A DNA stretch of 63,159 nt, filler included, from Octopus bimaculoides (lineage: Eukaryota), in NCBI RefSeq assembly GCF_001194135.2. It is 4 parts of 3 records of this genome, joined end to end, with 100 filler letters (N's around TTAATTAATTAA, not from the genome) between each part and the next. Parts side by side here need not be neighbours in the genome. Positions count along the whole stretch, not along the records: positions 1 to 27,692 come from NC_068986.1; positions 27,793 to 52,523 come from NC_068981.1; 2 more parts are not named here. One strand, given 5' to 3'. Made by a program: the position numbers and the translations under genes. Shown one piece after another: positions 26,891 through 39,822 of the stretch. The number at the start of each line of letters is the position of its first letter. The stretch's first letter is position 1. The notes below the pieces were generated by a model, which worked only from the letters and a program-made list of their open reading frames with translations, made no database searches and was not told the origin of the DNA.

Positions 26891-27500
26891 GAGGCATGAT
26901 AGAGCAGCACAATATATTCACTGGGTAATTTGCAAAAACCTGAACCTGCCCCATGATAAAAACTGGTGGGAACACAAACCACCCCCTGTGCTTGAAAATG
27001 ATCACATCTCACTCCTCTGGAACTTCACCATTCAAACTGACAGAAAGATAGATGCGAATAGGTCAGACGTTATAATGAAAGACTTCAGACAAAAATCATG
27101 CCTCCTCATTTATATTACTATCCCAATTGACATAAATGTATCTGCCAAGACCTACCAAAAACTGAATAAGTATAAAGATCTTGAAATAAAAATTGGCAAA
27201 ATGTGGAACCTCAAGACTAAAACAGTACCTAAAAGGGGCTGATTGCTACCTAGCTCAGATATCAGGTAATCCCAAAATGGCAGAAATTCAAATGATAGTG
27301 CTCTTGGGAACTGCTCATATCCTACGTAAAATACTATCTATGTAATCTCACATTTTAAAACAAACTCATAATTTCTTCAACATTCTCTACAACAATACTA
27401 TGTGCATAACAGCAGCATAAACATCTAACTTGTTGTCTCTTGAGGTCTCTGGATGAGAGTTGGAGCCAACTTGTACAAATACAAAGCAAAAGTAAAACAT
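26891..27500 (+). mobile_element. R4/Dong-like LINE 3' fragment (RLE endonuclease region + 3' UTR), TAA-tailed
   Basis: RHDRAAQYIHWVICKNLNLPHDKNWWEHKP...LLWNFTIQTDRKIDANRSDVIMKDFRQKSCLLI...KYKDLEIKIGKMW. Joined 5' to (GAA)n; ends in (TAA)n at 27501-27606. Confidence 0.88.
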
Positions 27501-27523
27501 ATAATAATAATAATAATAATAAT

Positions 27524-27606
<83 letters not shown>

Positions 27607-27607
<1 letters not shown>

Positions 27608-27692
27608 CTTTAACAGAATTGCTAAATAGAACTGGATGCGGTTACAAATGCTATGGAAAAACAGTCAGCCACCTTCTATATATGGATGACCT
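27607..27692 (+). mobile_element. 5' junction of a truncated R4/Dong-like RT fragment ('Dong-C'), runs into a gap
   Basis: Encodes LTELLNRTGCGYKCYGKTVSHLLYMDD. Starts directly after (TAA)n. The 86 nt read identical to 60526-60611. Confidence 0.85.
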
Positions 27693-27836
27693 NNNNNNNN
27701 NNNNNNNNNNNNNNNNNNNNNNNNNNNNNNNNNNNNTTAATTAATTAANNNNNNNNNNNNNNNNNNNNNNNNNNNNNNNNNNNNNNNNNNNNGACCCAGT
27801 GCTCATCTGGCACTTGTTTTATGGATTCCAAAAGGT

Positions 27837-28128
27837 GGAGGTGCAATGGCCCAGTGGTTAGGGCAGCGGACTCGCGGTCGGAGGATCGCGGTTTCGATTC
27901 CCAGACTGGGCGTTGTGTGTGTGTTTATTGAGCGAAGCTGCGGCAGGGGGTGGTGGCGACCCCTGTTGTATTCTTTCGCCCCAACTTTCTCTCACTCTTT
28001 CTTCCTGTTTCTACGATAGACTGGCGTCCCATCCAGCTAGAGGGGAACACATACGCCATAGAAACCGGGAAATCGGGCCCATGAGCCTGGCTAGGCTTTA
28101 AAAGGGCGCATAAATAAAAAAATAAAAA
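27837..28128 (+). mobile_element. tRNA-headed SINE-D (two short internal deletions)
   Basis: A box TGGCCCAGTGG, B box GGTTTCGATTCC, A-rich tail; colinear with 36648-36960. Confidence 0.88.
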
Positions 28129-30349
28129 GGATGAAAGGCAAATAAATTCCGGCAACATTTGAAGTCAGACTGTAAAGATCCGGAATGGATGTCGTAAAGC
28201 AAATTTTTCGATGAGCAAACGGTTCTATCAGCTCGCCGCCCAATAATAACTCTAATTATATAATAATTATTATTTTATCGACTCTTTACATTCTGAGTTC
28301 AAATTATACTGAGATTATTTATGCCGTGCATCTCGAAGGGAATGAAGTCTGAACTCAGGATGAGAGGATGCGCAACTCCATTGTCTCCCGATGCCAACAA
28401 CAACGTATATACCTGATGGGATTCTACACAGTTTCCATCGAACAAATCCACTCAGAAAAGCATTAGCTGGTCTGGGAATATAGTAGAAGACTCTTGCCAA
28501 AGGTATCGCAGAAGGGGTCTGAACCTGAAACCACGTAAATACAAAGAAAGATTCTTCACCATACAGCCACATCTGCACCTATTCTTAACAACAGCATAAA
28601 AATAACCAAAGTATATCTGCAAACTTCGTCTGTTTTAACTATTTTCTCCATCTGCGCAACAATTCCACCACAAGCCAGAACCAAATTGTCATTAAATCTG
28701 GAATCAATCATTCAGATAAATATTTTATATATGTTATTGGCCTTTTCCTTTTAAGTTACTCGTCTATTTCAATTTCATTTTACCAATAACTGTTGTCATA
28801 GCAACCTCAATAGCTTCCCCAGTCCCACCACCACCACAATCACCACCACCATCATCACTATCACCACCGGTTTTCTCCTTTCTTTATGTCTCCCTAATAC
28901 TTTTATCCTATTTCTTCCTGACAAACTGCCAATGCCTTGGCGTTGAGGACCTTTTCCACCTCTACTTTCAAAGAAGCTTTATTCTAAGATCTGTTATCAA
29001 AACAGAAGCATAAATGTCTATTAAAGCGAGTGCATACTTAGATATATATCCATACGTATACACCCAACAGCGATTGTCACGTGGTGGTGGGGAAACACGC
29101 ACACACATACACACACGCGCGTATATATATANNNNNNNNNNNNNNNNNNNNNNNNNNNNNNNNNNNNNNNNNNNNNNNNNNNNNNNNNNNNNNNNNNNNN
29201 NNNNNNNNNNNNNNNNNNNNNNNNNNNNNNNNNNNNNNNNNNNNNNNNNNNNNNNNNNNNNNNNNNNNNNNNNNNNNNNNNNNNNNNNNNNNNNNNNNNN
29301 NNNNNNNNNNNNNNNNNNNNNNNNNNNNNNNNNNNNNNNNNNNNNNNNNNNNNNNNNNNNNNNNNNNNNNNNNNNNNNNNNNNNNNNNNNNNNNNNNNNN
29401 NNNNNNNNNNNNNNNNNNNNNNNNNNNNNNNNNNNNNNNNNNNNNNNNNNNNNNNNNNNNNNNNNNNNNNNNNNNNNNNNNNNNNNNNNNNNNNNNNNNN
29501 NNNNNNNNNNNNNNNNNNNNNNNNNNNNNNNNNNNNNNNNNNNNNNNNNNNNNNNNNNNNNNNNNNNNNNNNNNNNNNNNNNNNNNNNNNNNNNNNNNNN
29601 NNNNNNNNNNNNNNNNNNNNNNNNNNNNNNNNNNNNNNNNNNNNNNNNNNNNNNNNNNNNNNNNNNNNNNNNNNNNNNNNNNNNNNNNNNNNNNNNNNNN
29701 NNNNNNNNNNNNNNNNNNNNNNNNNNNNNNNNNNNNNNNNNNNNNNNNNNNNNNNNNNNNNNNNNNNNNNNNNNNNNNNNNNNNNNNNNNNNNNNNNNNN
29801 NNNNNNNNNNNNNNNNNNNNNNNNNNNNNNNNNNNNNNNNNNNNNNNNNNNNNNNNNNNNNNNNNNNNNNNNNNNNNNNNNNNNNNNNNNNNNNNNNNNN
29901 NNNNNNNNNNNNNNNNNNNNNNNNNNNNNNNNNNNNNNNNNNNNNNNNNNNNNNNNNNNNNNNNNNNNNNNNNNNNNNNNNNNNNNNNNNNNNNNNNNNN
30001 NNNNNNNNNNNNNNNNNNNNNNNNNNNNNNNNNNNNNNNNNNNNNNNNNNNNNNNNNNNNNNNNNNNNNNNNNNNGTGTTTACGTTCCTGTAAATTAGCG
30101 GTGCGGCAGCAAGTGACCAATAAAATAGGTACTATGTGTTAAAAAAAGTCCTGCGGTCGATTTGCTCAGCTAAAACTTTCAAGCCGGTGCTCCAGCATGA
30201 CCGCAGTCAAATGATTGAAACAAGTAAAAGAATAAAAGATTATAAATGTACACACATTTATCTATTCTAATATTCTGTTATTCTATTATTGTTCTATAAT
30301 TGGTTTCATCCAGATGTTTTGCCATGCTGGGGCACCACTATTAACGCTA

Positions 30350-30590
30350 ATCCTTGTTTATTATGGACCCACTTCGCGGTTCTGTCTCAGGTATCACTCT
30401 TGGTGAAGCTGGGAGGAGATGCTCTTAGCGTTTCTTGCCGTGATGTGGCTTCATCCGCCATAAGAGATAATTATTTGTCTGATTGTTTTTTGAACACGTC
30501 CACATCTACATTTCGTAAATCTCTGACGTCTTTTTGGAGAAGTATTGAAAAGTTGAGTGCCTGTGAGCCCTAAGATGTTACAGTATTGCT
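30350..30590 (-). mobile_element. CR1/L2-group LINE ORF2 C-terminal fragment
   Basis: Reverse strand GTQLFNT..DVRDLRNVDVDVFKKQSDK*LSLMADEATSRQE resembles the G..LFN.LP...VD.FK..LD.FL..VPDEP ending. Confidence 0.6.
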
Positions 30591-30645
30591 TTCATGCTCT
30601 AGGCAGAGAGGACGGGATCTTTGGTACTATGCAGTGATACTAGAT

Positions 30646-30854
30646 ACTCTTTTACTCTTTTACTTGTTTCAGTCATTTGACTGTGGCCATGCTGGAGCAC
30701 CGCCTTTAGTCGAGCAAATCGACCCCAGGACTTATTCTTTGGAAGCCTAGTACTTATTCTATCGGAGTCTTTTGCCGAACCACCAAGTTACGGGGACGTA
30801 AACACATCAGCATCGGTTGTCAAGCGATGTTGGGGGGACAACATAGACACCCAA

Positions 30855-30891
<37 letters not shown>

Positions 30892-31117
30892 CGTATATAC
30901 GACGGGCTTCTTTCAGTTTCCGTATACCAAATCCACTCACAAGGCTTTGGTCGGCCCGAAGCTATAGTAGAAGANNNNNNNNNNTACCAAATCCACTCAC
31001 AAGGCTTTGGTCGGCCCGAAGCTATAGTAGAAGACACTTGCCCAAGGTGCCACGCAGTGGGAATGAACGCGGAACCATGTGGTTGGTAAGCAAGCTATTT
31101 AACTCACAGCCACTCCT
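30646..31117 (-). mobile_element. tRNA-headed SINE-A (internal TA/CA microsatellite), complete
   Basis: Head aggagtggctgtg..GGTTCCGCGTTCATTCCC; body gcaccttgggcaagtgtcttct...gaaagaagcccgtcg; tail gctccagcatggccacagtcaaatgactgaaacaagtaaaaga. Contains a 50-bp assembly duplication across a 10-N gap. Confidence 0.88.
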
Positions 31118-31124
31118 ACATTTA

Positions 31125-31250
31125 TCATCATCCTCCTCGTCAGTTTTAACGTCCATTTCTGCACACTTTCATGGGTCAGACGAAATACACACATAGCTCA
31201 CTCGCTAGCTAGATAGATTGATATACATGCTAACAGAGGTACCTGGCGTT
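31125..31250 (-). repeat. Short dispersed repeat, second copy at ~32730-32850
   Basis: ttttaacgtcca.ttctgcacact...gggtcagacgaaatacac...gcatagctcactcgctagctag...gatatacatgctaa is present twice. The end (reverse complement ...ggacgttaaaac-gatga) recalls RTE-type 3' termini. Confidence 0.65.
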
Positions 31251-31543
31251 GACAGAGAATACATAGGATTATCTGACTGAATTTAAATGACTTCGAGCAA
31301 ATTTTCATGTACTATTTTTGTACTATTTACTTACAGTTGTACATGTCTTATTACTGTAGTTCAGGTACATCTACAAAGTTGATATTGTCTGTTTCCATGG
31401 TGTGCGAAGCTACTGAGATTGTGATTATTCTTAATTAAAATTTTTGTAACTTAAAATACTATCTTTATGGTTTATTCTTCATATTTTCTTGTAATTTTAA
31501 ATTAATATGCAACACACAAAATGTAATTTAAACACGTGATTTA

Positions 31544-31750
31544 CGAGGTGGTGCTGAAAAGTTCCTGGCTTTGGGTAACAGAAAACAGGATCAGTTAATT
31601 GTGAGTTTTTCAACATATTCCCCGCTCAAATTTACACACTTATTGGCAGCGGTCCTTCAGTTCTTCTAAACCTTGTAAAAGAAATCGGAAGGCGTCCAGT
31701 CAGGCCTTTTGCGATACCCTTAAAGCCAGGAAATTTTCAACGCCCCCTTG
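31544..31750. mobile_element. Mariner-derived MITE (207 bp)
   Basis: TIRs cgaggtggtgctgaaaagttcctggcttt / aaagccaggaaattttcaacgcccccttg, TA on both sides. Confidence 0.85.
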
Positions 31751-31900
31751 TATACAATAAGAGCTCTGAAGAAGTAAATATCTCTAGTTCTAGGTATTTG
31801 TGTTTTGGTGGTAGAATATCTCGTAGTCAGCGTGTAGATGATCGTCAGATGTACTTGAACTTGGGTGTTCAACTCCATCGTCCATGAAGCCGCTATGTTA

Positions 31901-32450
31901 CGAGGTTTGATAAAAAAAATACCGGGGTTGTTGCTATAGTAACAGAACCAAAATATGTGGAGTGGAACCGGTTGACACAGATTAACCTTCGCCTTTATTT
32001 CACATGCATACTAAGTTGTAACCTTCTCGCTCACTTCTGTTGTTTATAGCTCTCCCAAGGTGTAAAATGTGGTGGGGTGTGGTCGTCTAACCACATCACA
32101 GAGGAAGTTCCATTAGTGACCATGGCAGAGAAAATTTGTCCGTGTATGTGTGGGAGCGTGCATTAAAAGAGATATGGCTTGAAGGTTATTACGGTCAAGA
32201 ATCTATCCAAAAGTCAACTCCCACTTGAAAGGAACGAGATTTCAAGACGTCAAGGAAATCCAAGAAAATGCGATGAGGCAGCTGTTCGCTAAACCTCGAA
32301 AGTCGTTCATGGAATGCTTCCATCACCGGAAGCGACATTTAATATAATGTGTTGATTCTGAAGAAGATTACTCCGAAGGACATTAAATGCCAAATTGATG
32401 TTTTGTAGTTTCCTTTTTATAGCACCAGTTCTGATATTTGTTTTTGATTA
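31901..32450 (+). mobile_element. Internally deleted mariner fragment
   Basis: Left TIR ta|cgaggtttgataaaaaaaataccgggg. Transposase C-terminus PKVNSHLKGTRFQDVKEIQENAMRQL...CVDSEEDYSEGH* (32205-32385). Right TIR decayed. Confidence 0.7.
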
Positions 32451-32470
32451 TTGCAATTCATAGCAAGTTA

Positions 32471-32687
32471 AAGCGGCAACTTGGCAGAAACGTTAGCACG
32501 CCGGGCGAAACCCTTAGCGGTATTTCGTCTGTCTTTACGTTCTGAGTTCAAATTCCGCCGAGGTCGACTTTGCCTTTCATCCTTTCGGGGTTGATAAATT
32601 AAGTACCAGTTGCGTACTGGGGTCGATCTAATCTACTGGCCTCTCCCCCAAAAAATTTCAGGCCTTGTGCCTAGATTAGAAAAGAAT
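32471..32687 (+). mobile_element. SINE-B (tail type 1)
   Basis: ggcagaaacgttagcacgccgggcgaaa...GAGTTCAAATTCC...tttcatcctttcggggt.gataaattaagtaccag...ccttgtgcctagattagaaaagaat. Confidence 0.88.
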
Positions 32688-33810
32688 AGTTAGCACGTCG
32701 GACAAAATAATTAGCGGCATTTGTTTCCGTTTTAACGTCCACTTCTGCACACTTGCTCGGGTCAGACGAAATACACATTCGCATAGCTCACTCGCTAGCT
32801 AGCTAGATTGATTGGTTGATATACATGCTAAAGAAGTACCCGGCGTTGCACTGAATACCGAATAGAGATCAAGTTTGCCTTTCATCCTTGTGGATTCGAT
32901 AAAATAAAGTACCAGTCAAGTATGGGGGAATTGCGATGTAATCGAAATAATCCCCCCCCACTCAAAACTGCTGGCGTTGAATACCACAACAAATGGGTGT
33001 GCCGATCAGGAGCAATGTTGTGATCTCGGTAACTTATACGCCATGGGAACCAGGAAACTGTCCTTACGAGCCATAAGGATCCAGAAAAATAATAATAAAA
33101 AAGAAAATAGCAAGTTTAGTGAATTTGTTGCAGCGAATCAATACAGTTTTTTTTTTGTCTATTCCTGTCTCTCCTTTTGCTAACAAATTAGCCGTATTTA
33201 TTTTATTCACGACTGACTTGAATCTCTAGATTCTGAAAACCATAAATAGTTATCGGTTTTTGATGTTAATGAAGTCACACCTTTCATTCATCAGATATAA
33301 TTTATTTCACCTTCAGCCTTCTAGCCTTTAATCAATAAATTAATTAAGAACAACTGTTCAATTTATTGTTTGCAATTGTCAATCTAAGCCTTAATCATGC
33401 AGCATTTGCATGTAAATTTACAAAAGAAGAAAACATTTTATTCGTTTCTTTAGTTGTTTTATATGGCAGTTGGTGAACAATAGCGTCGGCGTTGCTTACA
33501 GGACCAGTTATTGGTTCAACAGATCAGGTTGCTTTAGTGAGTTGCTCACGACAAGAATAATAAGGGAGTAATTGTAACAGAAAACAATACCTCAGAATAC
33601 TTAAAGTCTGAAGAACACTGAGCTTTCGAAATTTTTCCCGCAATATTTATAACTTCCATGGATAATCGTCGAGAAAATATATATAAGAGATCAGACTTAA
33701 TCTGATGGCTTATTCTATACCTTTGTAGAGTACAAATTTATAATTCTTAACCAAGAATATTATTGACAATTTCGGTTGGCTAACCCATCGTCAGAAACTT
33801 CGAAGTCACT

Positions 33811-34043
33811 AAAACGGTGAGCTGGCAGAAACGTAAGCACACCGGGCGAAATAATTAGCGGTATTTCGTCTGCCGTTACGTTCTGAGTTCAAATTTCATC
33901 GAGGTCGACTTTGCCTTCCATCCTTTCGAAGTCGATAAATTAAGTACCAGTTACACACTGGGGTCGATGTAACCGACTTAATCTCTTTGTCTGTCCTTGT
34001 TTGTCTCCTCTATGTTTAGCCCCTTGTGGGCAATAAAGAAATA
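33811..34043 (+). mobile_element. SINE-B (tail type 2) with 18-bp TSD
   Basis: Same head and core; tail ttaatc.ctttgtctgtcc...atgtttagccccttgtgggcaataaaga. TSD agaaacttcgaagtcact at 33793-33810 and 34044-34061. Confidence 0.9.
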
Positions 34044-34081
34044 AGAAACTTCGAAGTCACTGTCAATAATATTTTTGCTTC

Positions 34082-34113
<32 letters not shown>

Positions 34114-34563
34114 GTACGTATATATACATATAGGATATTTTCCTACTTTTCTTTACATGAAATCAATGGTAGCCTTAAATCNNNNNNNNNNNNNNNNNNN
34201 NNNNNNNNNNNNNNNNNNNNNNNNNNNNNNNNNNNNNNNNNNNNNNNNNNNNNNNNNNNNNNNNNNNNNNNNNNNNNNNNNNNNNNNNNNNNNNNNNNNN
34301 NNNNNNNNNNNNNNNNNNNNNNNNNNNNNNNNNNNNNNNNNNNNNNNNNNNNNNNNNNNNNNNNNNNNNNNNNNNNNNNNNNNNNNNNNNNNNNNNNNNN
34401 NNNNNNNNNNNNNNNNNNNNNNNNNNNNNNNNNNNNNNNNNNNNNNNNNNNNNNNNNNNNNNNNNNNNNNNNNNNNNNNNNNNNNNNNNNNNNNNNNNNN
34501 NNNNNNNNNNNNNNNNNNNNNNNNNCAATGGTAGCCTTAAATCACAAACAAGGAAATTATATC

Positions 34564-34598
<35 letters not shown>

Positions 34599-34599
34599 C

Positions 34600-34632
<33 letters not shown>

Positions 34633-34633
34633 C

Positions 34634-34665
<32 letters not shown>

Positions 34666-34955
34666 ATTTTGATAGGTTTCGGCCAGTATAGGTCGAAGCC
34701 ATGTCTAACTTAATAGCGCCACCTAGTGAAGTTTTTTAGTCATATATGGGGCCCACTCTACTAAAGAGATATTATTGTTGGAGACATATCCGGTTGTAGG
34801 AGGTTGGTCCGAGATTTTTTGAAAGAATTTGTCCGGTGACCCTTTGAATTTTATGGGATCTGTTTCCGTTTTGACGTATTTTGGTATGGTATTATGCTTC
34901 TCATGCTGTCAATCTATTTTGTTATTGACTATTGACCTCTGGAGTGCTTCCACTT

Positions 34956-35000
<45 letters not shown>

Positions 35001-35290
35001 GCATACATATATATATATACACATATGAATATATACATACATACATATATATACCTACATAGTCACAGACATACCGCATACACACACACACACATACACA
35101 TACACACACATACACATATACATACATAAATATAAATATATATATATCTTTTATCATTTACTGGTTTCAGCCTAAGGCTGAAGTCATGCTGGTGCACCAT
35201 GCTTATATGTGTATATACGTGTGTAATTTCAGAGACCGATGAGTCCATTCGACAAATCCCAGCCACACGAAGCCTCACGTGCATGTTAGA

Positions 35291-36130
<840 letters not shown>

Positions 36131-36647
36131 CTCACCCCCTCCTCCTATTCCTTCCTTCCTTCTCTCTCTCCCTGTTCTTCTTCTCTGCTGCTCCACACAG
36201 CGTCCTTCCACAATACAATGTCACAGAGTTAAAACACTAAAGCTGCCCATGTAGACTGCTTGTCTAATTCCCTTCAGCTGACAAGCAAGACCAGTGTGAT
36301 CGTATTGGTGTTTCCACAGAAGATTGTTAGCAGTCAATCTCGTAATAACCACTACATTTGATGGAATCAATTGTTGAGAAAGATCAATTTGTTCTTCTTT
36401 CGTTTCTTTTTTTTTCTTTTGTAATATTCTTAGCTGCTTCATTGACGTTATCAATTTCATTGTGAATAACGAAGATGTTGGTTCCAACGAACAATATTCT
36501 GTTTTTCTTAATTTTTTTTTTTTTATCAAACTTCGGTTTAAATTATAAGAATTAAACAAGATTATTTGCCCCGAATCCATCTTTTAGTTTCACAATTACT
36601 TTGTGTTTGCGATCAAATAATTTCCAATCTGCATGTCTTTCATATGT

Positions 36648-36960
36648 GGAGGCGCAATGGCCCAGTGGTTAGCACAGTGGACTCGCGGTCGGAGGATCGC
36701 GGTTTCGATTCTCAGACCGGGCGTTGTGTGTGTTTATTGAGCGAAAACACCTAAAGCTCCATTAGGCTCCGGCAAGGGGTGGTGGCGACCCCTGTTGTAC
36801 ACTTTCGCCCCAACTCTCTTTCACTCTTTCTTCCTGTTTCTTGAGAAACGCTGCGATGGACTGACGTCCCGCCCAGCTGGCGGGGGGAACACATACGCCA
36901 TAGAAACCGGGAAACCGGGCCCATGAGCCTGGCTAGGCTTTAAAAGGGCGGAAAAGAAAA
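36648..36960 (+). mobile_element. tRNA-headed SINE-D
   Basis: A box TGGCCCAGTGG, B box GGTTTCGATTCT; central gcgatggactgacgtcccgcccag (recalls the V-domain-type motif); end ggctaggctttaaaagggcg. Confidence 0.88.
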
Positions 36961-37189
36961 GTGTCTTTCACACACGTCGACACACACACACACATACATT
37001 ATATGTGATATGCGTGTGTACGAGTGAATCTATGTGAGAATGTGTGTACAACGCTCAGTTATATGTTTTGAGAATTAATTCTTACAATAAGGATGTTACG
37101 TAAATTTTGTCGCACGCGTGCTCAAGATGCATGTGCGAGTAAATGAGCCTGTATGTACGTATGTACAGCATCTACACCATCATCCGCAC

Positions 37190-38365
37190 ACCTACACCTG
37201 CACACACGCACACTTCAAGGTCACCAGCCACCTTCCACACGCACCTTCGTTTTGGGATCACCACTACTTTATTATCTACCCTTCTTCCTAGCTCTGTCCG
37301 GCCCACGCCATGATAGATCGCTAGCCACTAAACCTTTTCTATTTTGTCGCCCTGCTTTTTTTCTGTGTTCCTTTCTGTCGAAGAGCGTAGGTTCGAAACG
37401 TAAAAGACTTTCTCACTTCCCGAGCGTTAAATTAATACCTCTGTTTGTTGTTTACACACCCGTCTTCGTCATCTAATGCATCTCCTGCTCTCTCTACCCT
37501 TCTCTATACATCGGGCAAACGGGACGCCACTTGGCTGACCGGTTCGCGGAACACCTCCGAGACATCCAACTCGGCAATGACACCCCGGTCTCACGCCATT
37601 TCCGCTCTACCGGTCACTCTTTGCAACACCTGTCTGCGTTCGGATTGTCCTTGCACAGGGGCTATCTGGACTCCCGTTTTCGCCGTGAACAGGGATTAAT
37701 CTTCTCTCTTCGCTCCTTTGAGCTACGTTGGCTCAACTCTCCTCTCCTCTTCATATAACCCTCCTCCCCTCTCCTCTCTCTCTCTCTCACACCTACTTCC
37801 TCCTACCCACCTCTCCTCTCTTGCTCCGACTCCTACTTCTCTTCACTTCTACTCTCCTTCTCTCACTCTTACTCTCCTTCTCTCCTCTTCGTCCCTACCC
37901 ACCTTCTCCCTTCCCCTCTCCCTTCATCTTCACCCCTCCCTAGTAACCCCACGCCTACACAATCCAACCCCACCTTCCCTATCCATTCCATCCCTTACAC
38001 ACACTCCCACATACCCCACCTCTACACCCACCCTCAGCCTGACCCATCCCACCCTTGCTTTCACCACTCTCGCCTCCCCCATATCCCAACATCACCACAC
38101 CACACCACACACCACCACACCACCACACCATACACCACCATACCACACAGCACCACATCACATCATGCCACCACGCACACACTAGCACTAACCACTTCCT
38201 AGCCCCACACTATTATCTACACACCTACACATACACACACGCATACGTCAAGGTCACCAGCCCTCTTGCACACGCACATACATGCTCTCTTCTACACACG
38301 CATGCGCACCTTCGTTTTGAGATCACCACTACTTTATTATCTCCCCTTCTTCCTAGCTTTTCTGT
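37190..38365 (+). mobile_element. Penelope-like element fragment: pLTR - GIY-YIG ORF end - partial pLTR
   Basis: 37453-37758 encodes LYIGQTGRHLADRFAEHLRDI...PVSRHFRSTGH...RFRREQGLIFSL...LN. Direct repeat tcaaggtcaccagcc...gatcaccactactttattatct..cccttcttcctagc at ~37215-37293 and ~38247-38358. Hammerhead motif in the first repeat. Confidence 0.8.
37371..37406 (+). ncRNA. Minimal hammerhead-like motif (A6U core variant)
   Basis: CTTT-CTGTCGA-A-GAGC(gtag)GTTC-GAAAC-GTA-AAAG. Confidence 0.6.
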
Positions 38366-38399
38366 GTAACCCCTCTGTCCAGCAGACTCACATTTTTTT

Positions 38400-38860
38400 C
38401 ATCTTTTTCATATTTCAGTCTTTAGACTGCGGCCATACTTGGGCACCGCTTAAAAAAAATTTTAGTCGAATGAAACGACCCCAGTACTCATTTTTTTTGT
38501 GTAAGCCTGATATTTGTTTTGTCAGTTTCTTTTGTCGAACCGCTACGTTATAGGGACGTAAACACGCCGACACCAGTTGTTAAGCAGTGGTGGCAAGCAA
38601 GCATAAGCACAAAGACACACCCACCCACACAAAACACACACATGCACATGCACATGCACACACACGCACACACACACATACACACACACACACACACATT
38701 CGACAGGCTTCTTTTAGTTTCCCTGTACCAAACCTACACATAAGGCTTCGGTCGACACGAGAGCACAGTAGCAGACAGTTGCCCAAGGTATCAGACAGTG
38801 GGACTGAACCCTGAACAGTGCGGTTTGGGAGCCAACTTCTTGTCATACAGCCACGCGAGC
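38400..38860 (-). mobile_element. SINE-A, diverged
   Basis: Colinear with the other SINE-A copies; truncates the second pLTR of the PLE. Confidence 0.8.
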
Positions 38861-39185
38861 GCCGCTTACCCCACAATCATACATCTACTGTAGTTAAACT
38901 GAATATTTATCTTGCAACTCGAGTTTAACGCCGTTACAATCTTTGGGTTTCTACTGTACGTGGAATCATGGATTCAACTTACTTAGTGATGTAACCACAG
39001 AAGTTCCTAGCTCGAAAGAAAATCCTTTCATTGGCATTCTCTTACCCGAAGAAGACCGTAACACGTTACAACGGTTTCTTGTTAAATGGTCGCCCATAAC
39101 TGCGTTTAGATAAATAAGTTGTGACAGCCGCAGAAGCCATGTGAATCCAATATGCTTCATACATACATACATACATACATACATA

Positions 39186-39551
39186 CAGACTGCCTAAATA
39201 CCAATATTGAGGAATTAGGCATCTCAAAACCAGAAAGGAGAAAGCTAATTCGAAGACTACAGGTCTAATCCATCACTGGAACTGTAAAAGTCTGTGAAAC
39301 ATTCCAAAAGTTTATCATTTATATATATATATATATGAGCATGTCTATATATGCAACTATATGCAGGAGAATACATACATAAAACATACAAATTTGCACT
39401 ACATACATACGTACATACATACATACATACACACATACAAACAAAAATATCCTATTGTTGATGTTGAAATTGTAATGAAGTAGCCTTGGATCTAGGTTAG
39501 AAACCGGTTCTTTCTCTATTGGCAAGAAATCCTGAAATAAAACTGAACAAT
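39186..39551 (+). mobile_element. Dong-A 3'-end fragment, with a SINE inserted in its last bases
   Basis: cagactgcctaaatacca...gaaataaaactgaacaat matches the Dong-A ORF end and 3' UTR. 5' flank is (TACA)n; the tail resumes at 39837 into (TACA)n. Confidence 0.85.
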
Positions 39552-39698
39552 ATTTACATAATTTACATTTGACGGATATTTGTCCTCATCTTGCTTGTTG
39601 TTAACACAACATTTCGGCTGATGTACTCGCCACCCTTCTTCAGGTGTCCTGGGGGAATTTCGAACCTGGATTCTCATTCCTAAGGTATTTTTCCGATC

Positions 39699-39734
<36 letters not shown>

Positions 39735-39822
39735 TCACTGTCTGGAGTTGAACTCGGAATCTTGGGGTTAGTACCCCGCGTTCTTAACCACTATGCCATA
39801 TGCCCGTGCGCATATAGAACTG
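39552..39822 (-). mobile_element. tRNA-headed hammerhead-containing SINE-like element ('SINE-H'), copy 1
   Basis: A box TGGCATAGTGG (39788-39798), B box GAGTTCAACTCC (39744-39755), internal (AAT)n, hammerhead. 14-bp direct repeat taaaactgaacaat at 39538-39551 and 39823-39836. Confidence 0.8.
39603..39648 (-). ncRNA. Minimal hammerhead motif in the SINE-H body (diverged)
   Basis: Reverse complement GACAC-CTGAAGA-A-GGGTG(gcgagtacat)CAGCC-GAAAT-GTT-GTGTT. Confidence 0.6.

Noticed and set aside
27737-27748. TTAATTAATTAA palindrome isolated in N runs (also 52568-52579 and 60685-60696)
   Set aside because: All three are centred in exactly 44 N + 12 + 44 N = 100 bp and give stops in all six frames. 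This is a scaffolding spacer, not biology.
27837-27905. tRNA-like sequences at SINE heads (all families)
   Set aside because: A and B boxes are present, but no complete cloverleaf or acceptor stem was seen and each continues into a repeat body. Not called as tRNA genes.
30914-31035. 50-bp direct duplication around a 10-N gap (similar at ~43440-43640, and around the 34182-34525 gap)
   Set aside because: Exact repeats on both sides of a gap indicate unmerged contig overlaps.
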